IMG/VR virus record: IMGVR_UViG_3300021961_007031
DNA length: 64,000 nucleotides
Reading direction: 5' to 3' (one strand)
Source of the DNA: a virus
The position numbers and the translations under genes were made by a program. Below, piece after piece: positions 9,695-18,184 of this stretch (its first letter is position 1; every line of letters starts with the position of its first letter). Under the pieces are notes generated by a model. The model saw nothing but the letters and a program-made list of their open reading frames with translations. It was not told the DNA's origin and did not search any database.

Positions 9695-10650
9695 ATCTTT
9701 TTAATAGACTTAAATTTGGTGATAGTTTTTGTGTATTGCCTTTCATTCATAAGCATGTGGATACAGGAGGTGAACGACGTTTATGTTGTAATTCTGAACA
9801 ATCTGTAACACAAGATAGAATAAACAAAGTACGTCAGTTGATGTTAGCAGGTAATCCAGTAAGTGAATGTGAAAATTGCGTAGATTGTGAATCCACAAAT
9901 AAAATAAGTGAAAGACAAAATCAGTCTAAAGATTGGTTAAAAAATACAGATATTAAAAACTGGATCCAAAATTGCACTGAGGTAAGTTACGATTTCAGAT
10001 ATAGTAATCTTTGCAACCTAAGATGTCAAACATGCGGCCCCCGTGCTAGCAGTGCTTGGGCGGAATTTTTGCAAAAAAATGATGTGTATAAAAATTGGGA
10101 ACCGGATAGTATTGATATAAATCCAGATGCTAAACGCATCTATCTCGCCGGAGGTGAACCCTTTCTTATTAAGTCTTTTAGTAGAGCTCTAGATAGTGTT
10201 ACTAATACCAATTGTGAAATAGTAGTAAACACAAATGCTACTATTTTAACAAATCATATGATTGAAGCATTATCTAGATTTACAAATGTTTGCTTTGTGT
10301 TAAGCATAGATGGCATAGGGCCTGTAATAGAACAAATACGCACCGGCTGTAATTGGAAAACAATACAGGATAATATAGTTAAACTCAGGAATAGACTTAA
10401 TCCTAGTTTTATGGTCAACACGGTTTTACAAAAAGATAACATAGACGATATACCTAATATTGCAAATTGGATTGACAGTCAAAATTTATCTAATTGGCAC
10501 GTAACTGTTTTAACTAATCCTAAGCAGTATCATTATAGTCTTTATAAAGGTATACCAAATTGGGATGAATTATGGTCAAAACACTGTGTACAAGCTAATC
10601 AGCAAGCACAGTCTGCTCTTAAAACAGTCTATAAAAATTTGTACATATAG
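9682..10650 (+). CDS. Radical SAM protein with N-terminal Cys-rich (twitch/SPASM-like) region
   Basis: CNLRCQTC, GGEPF, TNAT, SIDG; N-terminal FCVLPF...CC...CxxC. Confidence 0.85.
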   Translation: MSDINLFNRLKFGDSFCVLPFIHKHVDTGGERRLCCNSEQSVTQDRINKVRQLMLAGNPVSECENCVDCESTNKISERQNQSKDWLKNTDIKNWIQNCTEVSYDFRYSNLCNLRCQTCGPRASSAWAEFLQKNDVYKNWEPDSIDINPDAKRIYLAGGEPFLIKSFSRALDSVTNTNCEIVVNTNATILTNHMIEALSRFTNVCFVLSIDGIGPVIEQIRTGCNWKTIQDNIVKLRNRLNPSFMVNTVLQKDNIDDIPNIANWIDSQNLSNWHVTVLTNPKQYHYSLYKGIPNWDELWSKHCVQANQQAQSALKTVYKNLYI

Positions 10651-11243
10651 CGGCCCATTATACTCTGGCGTAGGTTACAAGGTATAGGATCACATCTATG
10701 CCAAGCAAATGCATCCACACGCATTATCCAACTGAAGTTTGGACGAAACGGAAACCGTTTTATTTCGTTATTTTGTTCGTCTGTTATACTTGTTCCCCAT
10801 TGTTCACCACCGTCACAGAACATATATATCTGCCAGGCAGTATCTATCGTATGAGCATCATAGTGATTGTTAACACCATAACCTTTATAGTCTTCCCATA
10901 AACTAGCAGTGGTCCAGCGATCTCCCTTGTACTCAAGTCCTTCTAAACCATATACTGCCTGTTGTATGTCTGTATGCTCCATAAAGTTATGAAAGTAATC
11001 CATCCAAAACTCTATGTCTCCGCTCTCAGGTATGTATATTGCTCTATTTTGATTAAAGCCTTCTGGGTTTTTGCGTGTCATTTGTGTAGCCATATCTGGC
11101 CAGTTTTGCATACAAAGCTCGTACAGTTCAGGATGCAGTGTGTCCTCAATAACTACATGCCAATAGGGTTCCCATTCCACAGTGGCTTGTTGTAGTTTTG
11201 CAACAGTATATTTTCTATATTTTTCCCAAGAAATGGTAGACAA
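10629..11243 (-). CDS. 2OG-Fe(II) oxygenase-like protein
   Basis: HYD...WH...R facial-triad pattern; start most plausibly TTG at 11243 after AGGA (longer track ORF overlaps the divergent gene). Confidence 0.6.
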   Translation of the reverse strand: MSTISWEKYRKYTVAKLQQATVEWEPYWHVVIEDTLHPELYELCMQNWPDMATQMTRKNPEGFNQNRAIYIPESGDIEFWMDYFHNFMEHTDIQQAVYGLEGLEYKGDRWTTASLWEDYKGYGVNNHYDAHTIDTAWQIYMFCDGGEQWGTSITDEQNNEIKRFPFRPNFSWIMRVDAFAWHRCDPIPCNLRQSIMGRYMYKFL

Positions 11244-11264
11244 ATTTATATCCTGTGTTATTAT
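11237..11264 (+). promoter_or_regulatory. Sigma70-type early promoter TAGACA-16-(TGn)TATTAT
   Basis: Extended -10; shares AAATGGT(A/T)GAC context with the promoter at 12198. Confidence 0.6.
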
Positions 11265-11299
11265 AAGTGAATTGTTAACAAGGACCAAAAGGATCGAAC

Positions 11300-12040
11300 A
11301 TGGCCCGTAATGATTACAATAGTACTTATGATGTCCGCGACGTAATGGCAGCGAGTGTGATGGCATATCGCATCAATGGTGATGAATACTGTGCTTTTAC
11401 AGTAGGTGATGACGTTTGGACTGGCAGGGAATCGACTGAATACCGTATTGTTAAACAGGCAAACAAGCATCTGATGCAGTATAGTATGACAGATATGCAA
11501 GTGCCGGTAACTATTAGTTATCCAGTGGGCAACTATTATTTTGATATTGAAGCTGATGAGGAAGACTATGCTGTAGCAGACGAAATGATCAGCTACTACA
11601 GTGGGCTTATGCTCAAGGCAATTAGCGGTAAAATTAACGAGTTTGAAGAGCGTGTACTGGGACTTATAAAGACCGGCACAGTTTCTGTTAAAGACTTTGG
11701 TATTATTGCAAGTCTTCCCAAGAGTTATTTCCGTAGTTTGGAACGGGATGAGGTAGAAGAAAAGCAACGCCAGTTAAGTGACACTAGCGAGTTTATAGGA
11801 CAAATTGGTCACACTGTTGATTTGATTATTAGAGTATTGCGGTGTAATTATATACAGAAACTGAGCTGCTATGTTGTTAATGCAGTCCATAACGGCAACC
11901 TAGTTGTATTTTTTACCAGTACTGGAGAGTTTGAAAACATAGATAGTGTTAGGGTTAGGGCTCGTATAAAGCGGCACCAAACCAGTTCATATCATGGTGG
12001 TAAAGAAACTGTTTTAAATTATGTCAAAAAGATGGCATAA
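11300..12040 (+). CDS. Hypothetical protein with probable C-terminal OB-fold
   Basis: SEFIG.IG....L...V...A.IK.H...ET.LNYVK pattern. Confidence 0.55.
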   Translation: MARNDYNSTYDVRDVMAASVMAYRINGDEYCAFTVGDDVWTGRESTEYRIVKQANKHLMQYSMTDMQVPVTISYPVGNYYFDIEADEEDYAVADEMISYYSGLMLKAISGKINEFEERVLGLIKTGTVSVKDFGIIASLPKSYFRSLERDEVEEKQRQLSDTSEFIGQIGHTVDLIIRVLRCNYIQKLSCYVVNAVHNGNLVVFFTSTGEFENIDSVRVRARIKRHQTSSYHGGKETVLNYVKKMA

Positions 12041-12046
12041 AAGTTA

Positions 12047-12157
12047 TTAATACCAATCTCGGTATTAACACAAGGGTAGCTATGCCCGCTGACGGCCAGC
12101 CCAGAGGGTCAAACACTAAGAGGGTGTGAGGGCGAAAATAGCAATTACGATAAACGG
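12047..12157 (+). ncRNA. Candidate structured RNA with hammerhead-like core
   Basis: GC-rich intergenic island with several stems; CUGACG...GCCC/GGGC-GAAA-AU(AGCA)AUUA arrangement; A9 position non-canonical. Confidence 0.35.
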
Positions 12158-12186
12158 AAAAAAGCTCGTTTAGGCGGGCTTTTTTC
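12157..12186 (+). terminator. Bidirectional intrinsic terminator
   Basis: AAAAAAGCTCGT-TTAG-GCGGGCTTTTTT. Confidence 0.85.
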
Positions 12187-12197
12187 ATCTTAAATGG

Positions 12198-12225
12198 TTG
12201 ACGTTATCGTATTCTATGCTAATAT
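12198..12225 (+). promoter_or_regulatory. Sigma70-type early promoter TTGACG-16-(TGn)TAATAT
   Basis: -35 and extended -10 immediately after the terminator. Confidence 0.65.
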
Positions 12226-12257
12226 GATAATATAGAAACTAAACAAGGACCAGACAA

Positions 12258-12515
12258 ATGCTCGGAATGAAATTTACAAATTCTAAAGACCTAGACTTTG
12301 ATGTCCTAATGCCAGGGATTGTTGATGCTTGGTTTTCCTCTAACACTCCAGATGACATTGTTAGGATTTTTGAAACTGCAAGTGGCGATTTCGACTTATG
12401 GATAGGCCGCCAACAGTTTGCCGCTTTCGAAACATTTGAAGACGCCAAGCGTCATGCAGAGTGTTTCGTTACCGTAGAAATTACAGCAGAAGATTTAGGA
12501 GTTAAATTGATATGA
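12258..12515 (+). CDS. Hypothetical early protein
   Basis: 85-aa ORF with AAGGA RBS. Confidence 0.6.
   Translation: MLGMKFTNSKDLDFDVLMPGIVDAWFSSNTPDDIVRIFETASGDFDLWIGRQQFAAFETFEDAKRHAECFVTVEITAEDLGVKLI
12468..12502 (+). repeat. 35-bp exact direct repeat, copy 1
   Basis: GTTACCGTAGAAATTACAGCAGAAGATTTAGGAGT, identical to 13991-14025. Confidence 0.95.
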
Positions 12516-13090
12516 ACGAAATTCAAAAAGTAGCAGATTACATTAATACTCATATGGACTTTCCTAGATTTGCAAGATTATGTGTTGCTTTAGGAAGTCA
12601 AGTAAATGATGCCCAATTACGTTTTATAAAAGCATTGGTTTTTGAACGTAGTATGGAACAATATTCTAAAGGTAAAATTAAGTTTGTAGGTGAAGAAGGG
12701 TGTGACCTTATTATACCAGAGTTAAATGTAAGAGTAGAACAAAAGTATACTGAAGACGCTTTGTTTACGCCTAAAAAAAAGACTCTCAGAGAAAACACTA
12801 AGAGTATTAAACTTATGAACAGTATGGGGACCAATACCCATAATAAGTTGCCGGAAACCTATGCTGATTATTTAATTTTTATTGGGAACCAGGCAGCAAT
12901 GTTATTCTCTAAACAAGATTTAGAGCAACATTTACAGGTTGGAGGAGATGGCATAAGTGCTAATATCCCGACACGCAAAGGAATCCTACTTGCATCGCCT
13001 ATAGACATGGATGCTAACAATCAGACTCAAATAGATTTTATTTCAGGATTTATGAAGTATATTGACAGTTACATACAATCTGTTAAATAA
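12512..13090 (+). CDS. Putative PD-(D/E)xK restriction endonuclease
   Basis: E...GCDL.......VEQK pattern; directly upstream of a DNA methyltransferase. Confidence 0.5.
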   Translation: MNEIQKVADYINTHMDFPRFARLCVALGSQVNDAQLRFIKALVFERSMEQYSKGKIKFVGEEGCDLIIPELNVRVEQKYTEDALFTPKKKTLRENTKSIKLMNSMGTNTHNKLPETYADYLIFIGNQAAMLFSKQDLEQHLQVGGDGISANIPTRKGILLASPIDMDANNQTQIDFISGFMKYIDSYIQSVK

Positions 13091-13097
13091 TATAGAT

Positions 13098-13964
13098 ATG
13101 TATAAAGTAGAAAACAAAGATTGCATTCAAGGCCTTAAAGATCTTGGAGATGGATCAATTGATTTAATATTCACTGATCCTCCATATGGAATTGACGGTG
13201 ATAAATTAGATGCACACTACAACCGAGACGAAAGCAATGTAGTTCCTGGTTATGTTGAAGTGGCTCTCGAAACTTATGGAGAATTTAGTAAAAACTGGAT
13301 TACAGAATGTGCTCGTGTTTTAAGGCCAGGCGGCAGTATGTACATAGTCAGTGGATATACTAATTTACATCATGTGCTAAATGCACTACATAGTACAGAT
13401 TTACAAGAAGTTAATCATATAATTGCAAAATATACATTTGCTGTTAGTACTACAAAAAAATGGGTTAGTAGTCATTATCATGTATTATTTTGGGCAAAGC
13501 CTGATAAGGGAAAACAAAAGAGAACATTTAACACGAACGTTTTCTATACAGACCAAAAAGACAGTTATCATGATAGACTTACAGTCCAGGACTTGCCACG
13601 AGATTATAAACCTGGCCAGATAAAAAACAAAAACCAATTAAGTGAAGAGTTTATCAAGAAATTTATTTTATACAGTTCTAACAGAGGCGACACTGTACTA
13701 GATCCTTTTTGTGGAGGATTTACTACAGCACGTACAGCATTAAGGTATGGACGCAAATTTGTAGGTTTTGAATTAAATAGCAATGCGTATAATGCATTTT
13801 TACCTACCCTAGATAATGTAATATCTATGGAAGATCCTATACCTGAACAACCAAATCCAGAAGAACTAGCAAGAAGAGAAAAGATGCGAGAAGGTTGGCG
13901 GGCTGATAGACGTAAGCGTAAGGAAAACCCTGTATATGATCCTGGAGGCGTTTTTAAAACTTAA
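13098..13964 (+). CDS. N4-C/N6-A DNA methyltransferase (beta class)
   Basis: IDLIFTDPPY precedes VLDPFCGGFTT...GRKFVGFEL; RVLRPGGS. Confidence 0.92.
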   Translation: MYKVENKDCIQGLKDLGDGSIDLIFTDPPYGIDGDKLDAHYNRDESNVVPGYVEVALETYGEFSKNWITECARVLRPGGSMYIVSGYTNLHHVLNALHSTDLQEVNHIIAKYTFAVSTTKKWVSSHYHVLFWAKPDKGKQKRTFNTNVFYTDQKDSYHDRLTVQDLPRDYKPGQIKNKNQLSEEFIKKFILYSSNRGDTVLDPFCGGFTTARTALRYGRKFVGFELNSNAYNAFLPTLDNVISMEDPIPEQPNPEELARREKMREGWRADRRKRKENPVYDPGGVFKT

Positions 13965-13990
13965 AATTGGTTGACAATACACATAAACAT

Positions 13991-14025
13991 GTTACCGTAG
14001 AAATTACAGCAGAAGATTTAGGAGT
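13991..14025 (+). repeat. 35-bp exact direct repeat, copy 2
   Basis: Identical to 12468-12502; intergenic; preceded by TTGACA at 13971. Confidence 0.95.
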
Positions 14026-14061
14026 AAGCCCAATTTAGTAGCACCTTAGATAAATAGATGC

Positions 14062-14583
14062 ATGAAACACATGCATCATATTATCCCAAAACACGCAGGT
14101 GGCACTGACGATTCTAGTAATTTAATAGAACTTACTATAGAAGAACATTCAGAAGCACATCGTAACTTGTATGAACAGTATGGCAGACAAGAAGATTATC
14201 TTGCCTGGAAAGGACTTGCTGGATTAATAGGCAAGGAAGAAATGTTAAAAGCAAAACTTTCGTTAAACTCGTCTCGTCCTGGAAAATTAAATACCTTTTA
14301 TGGCATGAAACACACAGAAGAAACCAAACGCAAAATATCAGAGAAGAAAAAAGGCGTTAGTATTAAAATGCCTCCAAAGTCTAAAGCACACAAGAAGAAA
14401 CTTTCTGAGGCCAGACGTGCAATGGCTAAACGCTATGTTTTTGAGCATAAGGATGGCAGCACATTTACGGGCACGACTCGTGAACTTTCTGAGATCACCG
14501 GCTCAAATCCAGCAGAACCATGGAAGTTAGTTGTTGGGCAATATAAGACACACAAGGGCTGGAAACTGATTGACTCATTGTAG
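14062..14583 (+). mobile_element. Free-standing HNH homing endonuclease with NUMOD3 motifs
   Basis: HHIIPKHAGG.D..SNL..LT.EEH..AH; FYGMKHTEETKRKISE; ends THKGW. Confidence 0.85.
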
Positions 14584-14602
14584 ATTCATGCTATTATAAA
14601 GT

Positions 14603-15187
14603 ATGATAGAAAATAAGACAAAAATAATACTAACCGATTGTGATGGCGTACTTTTGAACTGGGAGTACGCCTTTAATATTTGGATGGAAGGTCATGGATA
14701 TTCCATGGTCGAGAACGGAAAGTTCATTTATAACATAGCAAAACGCTATGGCATAGAGCCTGAAGAAGGTGTTAAATGCATCCGCTTTTTTAATGAAAGT
14801 GCTACTATAGGCTTTCTACCAGCATTACGAGACGCAGAACATTATGTGCGTTTACTAGGTAACCTGGGATATAGATTCCATGTTATTACAAGTTTAAGCA
14901 AAGATCCCAACGCACAGAGATTGCGTACACGCAACCTAGAAAAACTGTTTGGTAATGTGTTTGATAAGTTCATATACCTTGATACTGGTGAAGACAAAGA
15001 TACTGTCCTAGCAGAGTATAAGGATAGTGGATTGTTATGGGTAGAAGACAAACCTGCAAATGCTGAAGTTGGTCTCGAAATGGGATTGCGGAGTGTGGTC
15101 ATGGAACACGCCTTCAATTTACATTATGAAGGCGTGGCTCCGTTTGTTAAGAATTGGGCTGATGTATATAAACTAATTACTAATTAG
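14603..15187 (+). CDS. HAD-superfamily 5'(3')-deoxyribonucleotidase-like hydrolase
   Basis: DCDGVL motif I, ITS, WVEDK..N; sigma70 promoter at 14570-14597. Confidence 0.8.
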   Translation: MIENKTKIILTDCDGVLLNWEYAFNIWMEGHGYSMVENGKFIYNIAKRYGIEPEEGVKCIRFFNESATIGFLPALRDAEHYVRLLGNLGYRFHVITSLSKDPNAQRLRTRNLEKLFGNVFDKFIYLDTGEDKDTVLAEYKDSGLLWVEDKPANAEVGLEMGLRSVVMEHAFNLHYEGVAPFVKNWADVYKLITN

Positions 15188-15798
15188 GGATTATCACCAA
15201 ATGTACTGTAACTAATCTGTTCGTTAGGTACATGACTACGGAATTTTTCGGCTTCTGTAAATGCTATTTCATATTCAGCAAAACTACAAGTGATCTGCTG
15301 AGAAACTACTCCGCCTTCAATTGTGACACCAACATTATTACCATTAGTTTCATTTTCAGCAGTACTTGTATACTTGAAATTAAAAACAGTATTAAAATTT
15401 GTAATATCAGTAAAATCTGTTATAGTTCCAGCTGGAGTTAAGTTTGGGCCATCAGTTGAACCCTCAGGTATGGGAGTGTTATATGCTGCACTAATAAAAG
15501 TATTGCTACTTGGATTCTTATAAAGATATCCAATACGATGCAAACATAGGTTACGATCATCATCAGCATCTACATAGTTGTCGTTTAACAATTCTACTTT
15601 GATTGTATGCCAAGCATCTGCTGCTGGAGTAACACTACTTGTTACATCATATACAAATAAATGTGGGGTAGTGTGATCATTGCTAGTAATTTCTACATTA
15701 TCAGCAATTACAGCACCGTTAAATGAAAATCTTGCAAGTGCATTTTCAGAACCATTTGAATCCTGGTGTAATTGGAAAGCAATTTTATAGTCTGCCAT
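15184..15798 (-). CDS. Hypothetical beta-sandwich (carbohydrate-binding-like) protein
   Basis: HTIKVELLND.Y....DDRNL motif; late-type ATAAATA upstream on the - strand. Confidence 0.5.
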   Translation of the reverse strand: MADYKIAFQLHQDSNGSENALARFSFNGAVIADNVEITSNDHTTPHLFVYDVTSSVTPAADAWHTIKVELLNDNYVDADDDRNLCLHRIGYLYKNPSSNTFISAAYNTPIPEGSTDGPNLTPAGTITDFTDITNFNTVFNFKYTSTAENETNGNNVGVTIEGGVVSQQITCSFAEYEIAFTEAEKFRSHVPNEQISYSTFGDNP

Positions 15799-15830
15799 GT
15801 TATGACTCCATTTTTAAACTAGTTTATATG

Positions 15831-16547
15831 TTATTTATCGCCATATATAGACAATACTTCACTTACAACTGGGTGTCTTTCTATATCAGTGTAGTTAAAT
15901 TTAACAAACTGAATATATTGACTATTGGAATAGTTGTTAAACAAATTGCCAAAGTCTATAAGTCCATTCTGTGCTTCTCGGCGATCAGTTTGCTGAATAT
16001 CACCAGTAACAGCCATACGACTGCCTTCACCAATACGAGTTAACAGCATTTTCATCTGATTGGGCGTAGCATTCTGCATTTCATCAGCAATAATAAAAGC
16101 ATTCTTAAATGTGCGACCACGCATAAAGGCTAAGGGTGAAATTTCGATAACCATTTCTTCAATCATATGTTTGATTTCTTTAGGAGAAAAATACTCCTGT
16201 ATAACGTCAAATATAGGACGAGTCCAGGGTTCCATTTTACTGTTTAAGTCTCCAGGTAGAAAGCCATGTTTTTCATCATCAACACCCACTGCTGGGCGTG
16301 TGATAACAATTTTGTCTATTGTGCGTTCTTTCAATTCTTTTATAGCAGTCAGTACTGCAAGCATTGTTTTACCAGTACCGGCAGGGCCCACTCCGAAGAC
16401 TATTACATTATTTGGATCTAATAGTTTGGATATGTAGGTTTCCTGATTAAGGCTTCTAGGTACCAGCAGCACTTTACCCTTGCGCTGGATATATTCGTCG
16501 ATATTAATAATGTTAGTGTTTGGCTTTTGTCTGGTCTTGCGACTCAT
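15831..16547 (-). CDS. phoH: PhoH-family ATPase
   Basis: GPAGTGKT, ITRPAV, GFLPGDL, PLAFMRGRTF, DEMQN, LTRIG, GDIQQ.D, RHP.V. Confidence 0.95.
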   Translation of the reverse strand: MSRKTRQKPNTNIINIDEYIQRKGKVLLVPRSLNQETYISKLLDPNNVIVFGVGPAGTGKTMLAVLTAIKELKERTIDKIVITRPAVGVDDEKHGFLPGDLNSKMEPWTRPIFDVIQEYFSPKEIKHMIEEMVIEISPLAFMRGRTFKNAFIIADEMQNATPNQMKMLLTRIGEGSRMAVTGDIQQTDRREAQNGLIDFGNLFNNYSNSQYIQFVKFNYTDIERHPVVSEVLSIYGDK

Positions 16548-16620
16548 TAAGTTGTCCTCCGTTTGGAAATTGAGGACAAATGATCTCTGTAATGTAACAA
16601 TAATAACGATCTGAGAGCAT
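16513..16620 (-). CDS. Putative 35-aa leader ORF overlapping the phoH start
   Basis: Strong SD AAGGAGGG then ATG; MLSDRYYCYITEIICPQFPNGGQLNESQDQTKAKH; out of frame with phoH. Confidence 0.4.
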   Translation of the reverse strand: MLSDRYYCYITEIICPQFPNGGQLNESQDQTKAKH

Positions 16621-16672
16621 ATGCCCTCCTTTCGCCAAATATTTAACGCTGTAGATTAGGAATTATATGGTG

Positions 16673-17449
16673 TTATTTGAGTTTCTTGTTGGCAAATGTA
16701 TACAAATAACTGTCCACAAAATCCTGATGGGCTATTTCCTTAGGGTGTGTAGTGTAAAATGGATAGCCAGTGTCATGTGCCCATTTAAAAAATCCTGGAA
16801 AATGATAAAAGTTATCATGATCTAGACTATCATATAAGTTTTGAATACTGGCGTCCCAGGCAACATTTTTGTTGAAGATACATTCATCTACATAGGTAAA
16901 AATATACTTCTTATTTTTTTGTTTTAGCCAGTTCTGTAGGTAAATCATTTCTTTGAGTGTAGAATAGACTTCCCAGTATTCGTTATCTCCAACATGTTTA
17001 AAATACATTTCACTAAAGTCTGCAAGTCCAGTACTCTGTGCTATTAACTGGCTCTTTTTATAATGATTAAAAATATTTTCCTTAAAGTTTTGAAATGCTT
17101 CTAGGATTACATTCTGGTCTCGCTCATGCGTCCATGGACTAATACTGTACCAGGGACTGTCTTTTTCTAGCGTATCATAGTTAAATCGAAACTCAAATCT
17201 AGTAGGAAAACTCCACATAACTGCTACTACACTGTCAATGTTGCGTTTGTCCAGCTCACTGACTGTGTTAATAATATTTCTAGCAATAGCCGGATTACTC
17301 CATCCGCCTTGCGCTACACAAATAAATTTCATTTTTAATTTGGCAGCTAAATACCCAGCCCAGGTTAACTCACTAGGAGACTGCGGCGTGCAATCCATAA
17401 GTTCATTGCCGTAGGTAAAACTATCCCCACCTGCTACAAAAATTGTCAT
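16673..17449 (-). CDS. SGNH/GDSL-like protein
   Basis: GGDSFTYG, G.SN..IAR, C-terminal HP...AH. Confidence 0.65.
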   Translation of the reverse strand: MTIFVAGGDSFTYGNELMDCTPQSPSELTWAGYLAAKLKMKFICVAQGGWSNPAIARNIINTVSELDKRNIDSVVAVMWSFPTRFEFRFNYDTLEKDSPWYSISPWTHERDQNVILEAFQNFKENIFNHYKKSQLIAQSTGLADFSEMYFKHVGDNEYWEVYSTLKEMIYLQNWLKQKNKKYIFTYVDECIFNKNVAWDASIQNLYDSLDHDNFYHFPGFFKWAHDTGYPFYTTHPKEIAHQDFVDSYLYTFANKKLK

Positions 17450-17500
17450 TGATTCTTCAGTTATTATATGCTATTATTATAAATATTTAGTGGAGTTGCC

Positions 17501-18178
17501 ATGAACCTAAAAATTCTTAATGAAGTAGAACATATGTTACAGACTAGCCCACAGGCTGTTCGTAATCATCAAAAACTTAAACAATTAGTGCGTGGTATAT
17601 TTGATGTAGAGTTAGAAAGCTCTATGTTTACCACTGTATATGATCTAACAGAAGAAATTGATAGACTTGTATTACACAAGTACTTTGGTGAAGTATGGCA
17701 GCCTGAAACTAAAAAGTTTAAGTATAGTGGCTTAAAAGTTGTAGAGGAAGTAAACAGTTTAAATCCTCGTGCGGTACTGGATATTGGTTGTGGTTATAAC
17801 GAGTTTAAAACACAGATTCCTAATTTGATAGGTATTGATCCCTATAATACAGCAGCAGATCTACAAGTTGATCTATTAAGTTTTAAAACCGATACGAAGT
17901 TCGATGTAGTAATAGCACTAGGTAGTATTAACTTTGGCAGCACAGACAAAGTGTTTGCTGAGTTAGAAAAAGCAGTAAGTCTATGTGCGCCAGGCGCTGT
18001 AATGTTCTTTAGAGTGAATCCAGGCCATCAGCACGACAAGCCTGAAGCCAAGTGGATTACATTTTATCCCTGGAACTCTAACTTTATTGTTAACTGTGCA
18101 GATCATTTCAATGTAGATGTGCTAGACCTTCGTAACGATTCAAATAATAGAATGTATTTTGTTTGGCGTACAAGGTAA
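17501..18178 (+). CDS. Class I SAM-dependent methyltransferase
   Basis: VLDIGCG, GIDP, FDVVIALGSINF. Confidence 0.8.
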   Translation: MNLKILNEVEHMLQTSPQAVRNHQKLKQLVRGIFDVELESSMFTTVYDLTEEIDRLVLHKYFGEVWQPETKKFKYSGLKVVEEVNSLNPRAVLDIGCGYNEFKTQIPNLIGIDPYNTAADLQVDLLSFKTDTKFDVVIALGSINFGSTDKVFAELEKAVSLCAPGAVMFFRVNPGHQHDKPEAKWITFYPWNSNFIVNCADHFNVDVLDLRNDSNNRMYFVWRTR

Positions 18179-18184
18179 TATTGA

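Noticed and set aside
9682-10650. Radical SAMs at 9682 and 45297 as QueE
   Set aside because: They lack the QueE-type SxQGEG and F.R..GC....C..CDT context, carry extra Cys clusters and lie outside the cluster
12082-12129. 15-codon ORF MPADGQPRGSNTKRV in the GC-rich island
   Set aside because: Very short with only a weak AAGGG SD; RNA structure explains the composition better, though a peptide cannot be excluded
12074-12143. HDV-like/theta or twister ribozyme, or preQ1 riboswitch reading of the intergenic RNA
   Set aside because: GCC/GGC and GGCGAA resemble HDV P3 and J4/2, but L3 lacks the CC for P1.1 and P1 pairs poorly; the twister L4 and the preQ1 A-rich tail are not matched
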